Notes under the pieces: generated by a model | The model's input: the letters and a program-made list of their open reading frames with translations, nothing else | The model's database searches: none | Told to the model about the DNA's origin: nothing | Position numbers and translations under genes: made by a program | Assembly (NCBI RefSeq): GCF_018350175.1 | Contig: NC_058368.1 | Span: 7,812,001-7,876,000 of the forward strand | Source: Felis catus | Lineage: Eukaryota | Reading direction: 5' to 3' | DNA: 64,000 nt | Part shown: positions 38,701-49,247 of the stretch, one piece after another | Layout: the number at the start of each line of letters is the position of its first letter | Position numbering within the stretch: the stretch's first letter is position 1

Positions 38701-41700
38701 GAAAAGATAGTTTAGAATGTACGTTTATTTTGTATCAGGGGCCGGTGAAGAGGAAGGAGAGGCAGAGGCAGAAGAGAAGAAGCCAGGGGGTGGGGAAAAG
38801 TCCACTCGGAAAAATGAAAGCAAAGAGGCTTGAAGCAGATTCGGAAACTTTGCCATAGTTTTGCCCTGAGGGTATTTAAATAGACTGTTCACTCTTCCGT
38901 TCGCCTGAGCCGCGGACCAGACCCAGAGTCAGTCCGTCGGGCCGTCCTCCTCACTGTTGCAGTGTGAGGTGCTTACCAGTGTGGACGCAGCAGTCTGTCT
39001 AGGTTGGCCACGAAAAGCCCTTGCAAGGGGGTGGTTCTTTGGGGAGCCAGGGCAGGGTTACCTCGTTATCTGACCGCATCCAAACACCTCTGTCACCGGC
39101 TTTCTTCTCTCTTCCCGCTGCTTTAAAAAAGTGCTGACGGACTACATAACCTCTTCCAAAGTGCAGCTTTGGCCTCTCCTTGGAAGCTAGGTTTTACTGT
39201 GTCCGAAGGAATGTTTCCTTTCTCGTCAGACTTTTAAATTGATTACTACAAGATTATTTGTATAAAGTGAGTTCATTCTGAAAGTGTCCCGACAACAGCT
39301 GTCCTCTAAGGTGCTTATTAGTTCACTATGATTTAAAGATGAAAATGTATCCATTTTTCTATCGCTGTCATTTAAAGCTTATAGCTTTACCGAAACAATG
39401 GTAAAGCATATCGAGTGAGAAAGGTTGGTTATTACATTTCCCCCCTCCCTGCCTTTTTAGGTATTTCCAAACTACCACATATATCCTCCAACTGCACCTC
39501 ATGTTGCCTACATGCAACCAAAAGCAAATGCACCCTCCTTCTTCATGGCCGACGAACTCCGACAGGTAGGCTTTCGGAGTTCCTGGGGGGAATCCGTAAT
39601 GGCTGTTGTGCTGTAGCGACGAGCCGGAGAAAGAACGGAGCTCTTTTCAAATGAGATCATGTGATCAAACATGCTGTATGCACTAAAGCAGCTAGAATGT
39701 AGAGTGTATGAGTCCTAATTGGCATATTTATTTAAGGAAACCCGTTTTTCAAGAAAATTTGTAGATCAGTATGTGCTAGGACGTAAAACAGAATAAATAG
39801 CTACTTAAATGGGCCACCTTTTTGCACTTCGTATCCTGTGCATTGAAAGGTCTCTGAAATATATAAATAAATTATTGAAATGGTCTCTAACCTTCAGACC
39901 ACTTTTTGTTAATATCTGGAGGTTGAGAATAAGTAGTTTGGCCTAGAAATAAACCTCATTTTAAAAGAGCTTAATATTGGGGCACCTGGGTGGCTGAGTC
40001 AGTTAAGTTTCCAGCTCTTGGTTTTGGCTCAGGTCATGATCTCAGTTTTGTGAGTTCGAGCCCCGTGTCCGGCTCTGTGCTGACAGCATGGAGCCTGCTT
40101 GGGATTCTCCCCCTCTCCCCACCGCCCTCTCTCGGCTCTCTCTGCCACCCCCACCTTGTGTCTCTCAAATATAAATAAACTTTAAAAATTTTTTAAAAAG
40201 TGATAGAGCTTAATATTTTCTATAAAGTAGGTTTTATAAAATAATTTGTTTTTTTTTTTTTTTAGGTAAACAGCTGGATATTATTTGATACGTAGAATTT
40301 CATTTTATACTTATAATCTCAGAAAAAAATGTTATTTCACAGAAGTTGTACCAGTATAATGTTGATGAATAAATTACCGATGAGCTTAGGGTAGGCCTTG
40401 TCTTCAGCCACAGAGTTATAGTTACGTGCTTTGGGTCAAAGCATAGCTACTTAACCCCAACCTTAATTATGGGCAGGTCTCTCCAGGCCTGGAATTTAGA
40501 CGTTTTATCGTTATTAGAAATGTCATTTCATGTTGTTGACATCAAAAAGTGTGCGTATCAAAAAATATTAGTACTTATTTACTTATAATAAGAAAATCAG
40601 ATTTTAGAAGCTCTGTTTATATGTAAATATACTTGTTTTCTTTTCTTAGGAGCTGATTAACAGGCATTTAATAACAATGGCTCAAATCGACCAAGCAGAT
40701 ATGCCAGGTAAAATGCGAGTTGGTTCATCCTTCCTTTTAAAGGTTATTAGGATCTCGGTGTACATGTTTTTATGCCTTGAACAGCTAGTTACAATTTTAT
40801 GAGTGTATTTATTTGAAATCTACTTTTGAAGAGTTCCAAGATGCCACTGATCATCTAGTCCATTTCAGTTCTCTATGTGACAGTATTCTAGTTTGTCAAA
40901 AAAGTTGGTGGTTTTAAAATTCATGGTGATTTACCTCATTGTGCATTAGAATATTGTTTCCTGAAACTTGATAAAGTATGGGTACTTAAATAGACGGGGA
41001 AGGTAATTATTACTTTTGAAACTATGGTGTACCAGATAATGTGCTGATTAAATTCTTTATATGTCTTACTTTCTTCCTCATAAAAGTCCTATGACATTGA
41101 CACGAATACTATCCTCTCCCTCTTACATATGAGGAAAACTGAGGTTGACAGGAAGGCTAAGTAATTTGCCTTTAGCACTGATGGCTAGTAATCAGCTGGT
41201 CAGTCAGGATTTAAAGCTAGGTTTTTCTGACTACCACAGTGTTTCTCAGAGTACATTAAAATCTCTTTGCCTAGCCTATTCTGTATATAGCAAGATTAAA
41301 TATGGTATAATTTAGCAAAACTTTATAAATAATGCAGTAGGAATATATTTGCCATAATCTCAAAGCATGTGGTTGTAATCAAGGACTCAACATAGTCTAC
41401 TGTGCATTTTCTTGATTGCTAAAGAATTAAAAGGAATAATATGTAGCTCTTACGCCCTAACACCAATCTTTTCAGTTTAGATGGACAGGGAACTGATCTG
41501 TCTTAACCTTTAAAGTATTCAGGTTGGAATTTTCCTTAATTATTTAACATTGTCTTTGAGGTCTCAGCTGGGATAAAAGAAGAAAAGAAAAATAAGTAGG
41601 TTTATTTTTGCCTTTCCAGTCTTTATGACCACAATCATGTATAAGTCGTATGACCAGAGGTTGGGCATAACTTGAAATTATAATAGAGCTTAGGAAATAG

Positions 41701-44700
41701 CTGGATACGAGATTAATATATGTCAGTTAAATTTCTGTAGGCCAGTAGCCAATAACTTAAATATAATTAAAAGAAAAGATGCTACTTACAGTGGTTTCAG
41801 CTTAGCAGCTAGGGAATAAATGCAACAAAAGATGTGTGCGATCTCAATGGGGGAGACTTACTAAGAGATATTAAGTAAGATAAATAATTAGAGCAAAATA
41901 TTATATATTTAAAAAAAAATTTTTTAATGTTTATTTTTGACAGAGAGAGAGACAGAGCATGAGGGGGGAGGGGCAGAGAGAGGGAGACACAGAATCTGAA
42001 GCAGGCTCCAGGCTCTGAGCTGTCAGCACAGAGCCCGATGCGGGGCTTGAACTCACGGACCGTGAGATCACCTGAGCCGAAGTCAGACACTCAACCAACC
42101 GACTGAGCCACCCAGGTGCCCCCAAAATATTATATTATAAATAGGAAGACATAATGAGTAAGATGTCAGTTTTCCTAAACTGATGTATAGATGCAGTATA
42201 ATTGCAGTCAAAGCATATGAGCTGTTTTTACTCGTAATACTTCTGGCATTTACTTCATGTCCTAACGGATTATTTATTAAGGGCACAGTCTGATAAGACT
42301 ACTCCCATTTCAGATGCCCGCCAAGGTGGGGTGCCCAGGCTACCCCCATTCTGACCAACTACCAATTTGGGGGTTTCCATAACCACTACCACCACTCTCC
42401 CCCCACACCCCGCCGCACCAGTTCAGTAATTTGCTAGAGTGAGTCACTTTAGGACCTGTTGCTGGTTTAGTGTGTAGAGGCTACAGCTCAGGGACAGCCA
42501 AATGGAAGAAATGCCCAGGGCAAAGCGAGGGGGTGGGCACTTGTGTACAAAACTTTAAAAGCTTTTTATACTATAAAATATTAGCGAATAGATTTAACAT
42601 GTCAATAGAGAAAGATTTCTTCTACAGGAGGCAAAGATTGCTGACTCTTAGAGAAAATACTGCTAAATTTTACTAAGTTAGAATTGAAAAGCAATCCAAA
42701 GATACCCACAGTAAAGAAAAAACCTGGAAGAAGATATTTACACAGTTGACAAAGAATATAAGAAAGACAATTCAGTAAGAGCATAAAAAACTCAACAGAA
42801 AGATGGCCAAAAGATAGGAATAGGCACGTAAAGAAAGGAAATTCACATGAGCAGTACATGTATGACGAGATGTGAACCATCACTGACAATTAGGGAAAGT
42901 TCAGGTAAGCTGCCATCTTGAAGTGCAGTCGTGTAAAGTGTTAGGATATGGATCCGCAGGCTCTCTGGTGCGTTGCTGTAGGGAGCATAAGTTGGGTGAA
43001 CCTGTGATCCAGCACTTCTCCTCCTGGGAACAGGTAAACTCCTATACGTTTTCAGCCGCAAAATGTGTGACGAAGTATCCGTAACATTGTCGCTCAAAAT
43101 AGCAGAAACTGTGATCAATCCAGAGTAACTGTGCTGCTGTCAGCTAATGGAAGGTGGTACAGCAGCTGAAAGGAAGGAAGTTCACTGAGCTGCAACAACC
43201 CAGAAGAAGATTAGTAAGTAAAGTGAGTTGCAAGAGACCATATACAGCATACTACCTTTTTACAAAGTTAACCAAAATTTATACATATATTTACATTTAT
43301 GTAAATGTATGTGTATATGCTTATGTATATATTATGTGCAATGCAGCCATATAAAAAAGGAAGGAAGTGAGAGAAGGAAGGCAGAGGTTGGTAAAGAGAA
43401 CCATAATTTAGATGTAAGTTAAAGGTCTGATGAGTACTGAGTTTGCAGATGCTTATTCTGCTATTAAGAATAATTAACTACATAAAACCAGGCCTTATGT
43501 AGACACGAGCCAGTGATCTGAGTGTCACAGACTAAAGGTTATGGTTAATCCGCTTCTGTGCCCCATGTTCCACAAGGTTTAGTAAATGCTTTTTGGGGGG
43601 GGGGTCACTGCTCTAACTGATCTTTTTCATGTCTTTTGTTTACTACAATCTTCATCTCATGCTGACCCATGCATTAATATTTGGTCTTGCTGTCTTTTTT
43701 CTCTCCGTTTTCCATTTCATAGCTCATGTTCCCACCAGATTAGTACTTCTCAAGTTTGAAGTCATAATTTATTTCCTGTAGATCAGTGCTTCTACACCAG
43801 GAGTGGTTACCCCATCACGGGTCATTTGGTCGTGTCTGGAACGGTTTTGGTTGTCACAGCTGGCGGTGGGGTGCTGCTGGCTACCGGTGGGTTGCCGAAC
43901 ACCCTGCAGTGCACAGACCAGTCCCTGACAACAGAGAGTGATCCAGTCTGGTATGTCAGTAGGGCCAAGGTTGAGAAACCGTAGTGAATCTCAGACATTC
44001 GATATCTTAGATTGGACCTATTATTTAATATGTCCTTCGAGGGGAGGTAGGGTTGAATAGAGCAAAGACACTAACATTTCATTTTATTTTTTATCACTGT
44101 TTTTACTATTACTTGGTGGAATTGGACCCCAGACTAAAACTTGGGGCTGACGTGAAGAATGCAGCTCTGTCCATAATCTTACACGTTGGTATCCCTAGTC
44201 TGATTTTTGATGGCCTAACAGTGATTTAGGCACCCCCTATTCCCTTTATTCATACTTAATTTTATGTATTTGTGAAGTTGAGCTGGAAACGAAGAGCAAA
44301 ACGACAGTGCGTATTCCTATCAGTGGAAACGTTCGGTTTTTTAAGGTTAATACCAGGCTGCATACGATCATTTCAGGGTAGACTGGGAAATGTAGTGTTC
44401 AAAGATGACTTTCTGAAACCAGGTAACACCATATGTACAGACATAAAAATGAACGTTTTGAGGATTTTATTTAAGTCGTGAGGGAGCCGGTTGTAGGACC
44501 TGTTACTACTAGCTCAGGGGTATGGAAATGCGTGTGCAAACTGGCTTTTCCACGGAGGAGGCAGGCGTTCTTCTGCAGTGCTGCCAGTTACCTGTGTGCA
44601 GTTTACAGAGGTGCAAAATACCTTCCGTGGCATCAGAATCAGACATCGAAAAGCCATCCATTGGATACTCCATGGTCTTCCACTGAAGCACGATTTTTTC

Positions 44701-47700
44701 CACCCCGCGACGCAGAGAATTCAACAAGCCTTGCTTGAAAGGGCACACAGGGACAAAGGAGTTAGTACAATTTTTAGCTGATTGTGACCCTCCCTCAATC
44801 TCTTTGTCACACACTGGTGCTATGACTCCGCTGCTTGGCGTAGTGAATTTCAGGTCCTCAGTCTAGCATTTATATTCCCCTCTGATCCAGTCCCAACAGA
44901 ACCCCCTCAGCTTTTTCTCCACGTTGTACCTCTTCTGTAATACACCCTGCTCTCCCACCGCGTGAGATTTCACGGTTCCTGAACACAGTATATGCATTGA
45001 GACCTGGGTGGCGGTGGCGGTTCTGTTTACTCCCTCACCACAAAGCAAAGCGCTCGTTCGCTCGTTGTGGAGTATCACTGTGAGCAGTCTCATCCTTCAG
45101 TTTTTAGTACACATACCAAATCCTCTGTAAGATCTTTTCTAGGATCCTTGAGAATGGCTTCCTTCTGGGTATTTCCATGCGTAGTGCTTCTCAGAATGTG
45201 GTCCTTGCCCCAGCAGCATCTTTTCATTATTACCTGGAAACTTCTTGGAATTGCAAATTCTCGGGCCCTACTGTAGACCAACTAAGTAAACACTGGGCAT
45301 GGGGCCCAGCAAACTGTGTATTGTTATCACTGTCAGTGACTCTGAAGGGTGTTGAAGTTTAAGAACCAGTGCCATGGTGAGTTGTACTTCTTTAATAGCT
45401 GTTTTCCTTGTACTGTATTATGTTTCCATATAGATCTCTGTCCTTTATTTTTCTCTTAGTGTCTTGATAAGAACCTGTATTTCATTAATACCTGTATTAA
45501 TAAGTTAATAACCTATCTTGATTAAGACCTGTCTTGAATAAGACCTTATTAATCAAAATTAATAACCTGTTTTGATTAATAACCTGTCTTGATAAGAACC
45601 TGTATTTCATTAATGAGTAGGCACTCATTACCTTTTCACTAATTTGAAATTAATTATTTCTCTTACTAGATGCTCCTCATGAAATAACCAGGGAACAAAA
45701 TTTATTCATCATTTGTTTGTGGAAATTACACTGATTGTTAAAATAAAAGATAAATGGGCAAAGTTGCAGCTGCATTTCCTTGTGTGTATACTTCCCTTGT
45801 ACTGCTTTTATTTCAGTAGAATATGTCACGTGACCTTGTTTTGAAAGTTAGTGTCTGTTTGAATCAGTGTCTGTTTTTTGCACTCTGGCCAAAATGCTGT
45901 CTGGGGGTTAAGAGCACGAGACTATGGAATCAGAGCCCTGAGTTTGCATCCCAACTCCCTTTCTAGATGTGTGATCCTTATTTTCTTTATGAAATAGAGT
46001 TCTGTCTCCTGTGGTTGTTTCGAAAACAAAGAGATGGTGAATGTCAATTTAGCAAAGGCAGAAGGGCCATTATGAGCCTGTCCTCTGGAGTTACAGTTTT
46101 CTGATTAGGGTTTTAACCTGTATTCCTTAACAGGCACTCAGTGAAAAATTATTAGTCATATTGGTCTGTGTGTTTTTTAGAAAGAGATTTATTGACGTGT
46201 TTTAAAAATAGTGCTAAACATATTTATTGTAAAAAGTTTGGGAAGTATGGCATAGTGTAAAGAGAATAACAGTGCTCCCACTCAGAGGTTACCATTGTTG
46301 AAGTTCTTGCTGTGTTCTTTCTAGAAGGTTTTCTGTGTGTACTGTGCATGTTCACTTACCTGCTTTTCATTTGAAATCTCTTGAGTATTCCTAAGTCATT
46401 CAAGACATTTAGGAGAATGGAAGCTGTTCCGTTGGGAAATGTAATTTGATTGTATTTGAAGCATTAAAAAAATCCTCCTCTTTTTGAATTGCAAAACTGA
46501 TACATGTATGTATCAGAAAATAGGGAGCGGTAAAGAAGAAAACATAGGGGCACCTGGGTGGCTCGGTTGGTTAAGCCTCGGACTCTTGGTTTCTGCTCAG
46601 GTCATGATCTCACGGTTTGTGGGATCTAGTCCCGTGTCGGGCTCTGCACTCAGAGTGCAGAGCTTGCTTGGGATTCTCTCTCACCCATCTCTCTCTATCC
46701 CTCCCCCACTCTGGTTTTCTGTCTCTCTCAAAATAAATAAATAAACTTTAAAAAGAAAAGAAAAGTAAATTGCCTATACTCTTTACAGAAACCAACCACT
46801 GAACACAGTTAGTCTTTTTTTTTTTTTTTTAACGGTGATTTATTTATTTTGAGAGAGAGCACGAGTGAGCAGGGGAGGGGCGGAGAGGGAGAGGGAGAGA
46901 GAGAACCTCAAGCAGGCTTTGAGCTGTCAGCACAGAGCCCGATGCAAGGCTTGATCTTATGGAACCGTGAGATCATGACCTGAGCCCAAATCGATCTGGA
47001 TGCTTAAACTGACTGAGCCATCCAGGCGCCCCTATTTAGTCCTTATAAGAAACAACAGATTGGGATTCAAGATAAATAGTTTTTTAAATGCCTGACTAGA
47101 GTATCATGAGCCAATTATAATGCATTATCCCAGCTATTCTTAAACATAATTTTTCTTGCTTTGAAGAACGTGGAAATCATGAGGATAAAGTTGTTTTCAT
47201 TTTCTTTCTTTTATGTTTTACTACGGAGTAAAACAGTGCTGTTCCACTGAATGGTTGAAAGTCTTGATAGATTGCCATATTTATACATACATATACCCAC
47301 AGATACATTACACATACCCACTCTCCAATTTAATGTTACTTGTTTTGAATTTCTGTATGTTTTAAAAAACAAGAATTCATATGCTTAACACCATTGTCTA
47401 AATATATTTTGTGCAAAGTGTTTTAAGAAGCAAAATCAAAATCAGAAATGTTTAATACCTGTAAGTGATAACACAAATTGTTTCTAATAACTGAGAAACA
47501 AAAAGTTGTGTGGTGCTATAAAAGATAAATATTTTCAAGGGGCGCCTGGGTGGCTCAGTCCGTTTAGCATCCTACTCTCGATCTCGGCTCAAGTCCTGCT
47601 CTCAGGGTCATGAGTTCAAGCCCCGTGTCGGGCCCTGGGCTGGGTGTGAAACCTATGTAAGAAATTTAAAAAAAAATTTTCTGAGTGTATGAAATCTGGT

Positions 47701-49216
47701 TCTTTGGTTGTTCTGTAATGCTTATTTTTTATTGATAATGAAACCATTTTCTTTTATAGAATTGTTATGAGTGTTGACACTGTTCCAGAATTCAAAAGTA
47801 TGTTTTGATACCCGTGGTTTATGGTAAATTCGATTTCTTTTTTGCTCTGAGAGACTTATGCATATCAGCAAGTTAAAGTTGTCTTTTACGAATTACTCTA
47901 GCAGTCCCTACAGAAGTTGACAGCTACCATAGCCTGTTCCCTCTAGAACCACTGCCGCCGCCCAACCGGATACAGAAATCAAGTAATTTTGGATACATCA
48001 CATCTTGCTACAAAGCTGTAAACAGCAAAGACGATCTGCCGTATTGCCTTCGGAGGATACACGGTACGGAAGATAAGTTAGCCACTCTTTGAAGCATATG
48101 GTTGAGGCTAAGATTATTGAAATATTCCCGCATGTATTTATTTAATATGTGTATAAGGGATAATAAATAAATTTGTTATTTCATTTGGAAATTAGTAGCT
48201 CATAAATGATATGTCACATGGCCTTCTCTTCACGATTCTGATGGAATACAGGAGGGATTTCATTTGCAGTTTAGTAGAAAAAATTTCCTTTTATAGGTTT
48301 TCGTCTCGTTAACACAAAGTGCATGGTGTTGGTCGATATGTGGAAAAAAATTCAGCACTCAAATATCGTAACCTTGCGTGAAGTATTTACCACTAAAGCA
48401 TTTGCAGAGCCTTGTGAGTAATTTGTACTTGTCTTTCTGCTTTTGTGGGCTTCATTACTTGAAGCCAGATTGCAATAATGAGTGTTTTGTGTTTTATTTT
48501 AAGCGCTTGTGTTTGCATATGATTTCCATGCGGGAGGAGAGACTATGATGAGCAGACACTTCAATGACCCTAATGCTGATGCCTATTTCACAAAGAGAAA
48601 GTGGGGTAAGAAAGACACGCAGGCAAGATTCATTTTGACAAATGCCTTTGCTCTGTGGAAGAGTGGTTTTCTATTTTAACGTGCATGTGAATTTGTTTCT
48701 GTGATCATAGCGCATTAAAAAAAGAAACGTCTCAAAGAATCGAAGCCAGTCCATAAGCGGCTGGGAAATAGAGTATTGTGTGTATAGGCTGAGTATGGAG
48801 GCAGGGTGTGAAAGACTCGTGGAGGTGTCTGAAATGTAAATAACCGAGAATGTGGTGAAAGTGTTTTCCTCTTAAACATTTTGGTTTTTTCTTTTAAAAC
48901 TACAAGGCTTTCTGGGGGCGCCAGGGTGGCTCAGTCGGTTGAGCGTCCGACTTCGGCCTCAGGTCGGGATCTTGAGGTTCATGGGTCCGGGCCCCACATT
49001 GGGCTCTGTGCTGGCAGCTCAGAGCCTGGAGCCCGCTTCAGATTCTGTGTCTCCCTCTCTCTCTGCCCCTTCCCCGCTCATACTCTCTCTCTCTCAAAAA
49101 TAAATATTAAAAAAATAAAATAAAACTACAAAGCTTTCTGGATAAAGGCATTTTGGAAAATAACGCCTATAGCTTCACCACCCAAAGTACAACCACATTT
49201 TCTCTTGGTATATTTC

Positions 49217-49247
<31 letters not shown>

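Larger units (their letters stand above)
41760..43580 (+). mobile_element. Old L1ME-like fragments interrupted by a SINE and an LTR fragment
   Basis: A-rich L1-like motifs (aacaaaagatgtg, aagatgtcagttttcc, aaatggccaa-like, tgatccagcacttctctcctgg); boundaries approximate. Confidence 0.55.

Noticed and set aside
38873..38895. TATA (TATTTAAA) plus Inr (TCACTCT) core promoter
   Set aside because: Spacing is about 18 nt rather than about 30 nt, and there is no strong downstream donor.
44272..45362. Cluster of overlapping ORFs with raised CpG content
   Set aside because: No recognisable protein similarity or splice frame; parts resemble decayed L2 and a MER5 element. The CpG excess alone is not enough.
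45460..45614. CRISPR-like repeat-spacer array
   Set aside because: Only two repeat copies, the spacer is made of repeat fragments, the context is a mammalian intron, and there are no cas genes.
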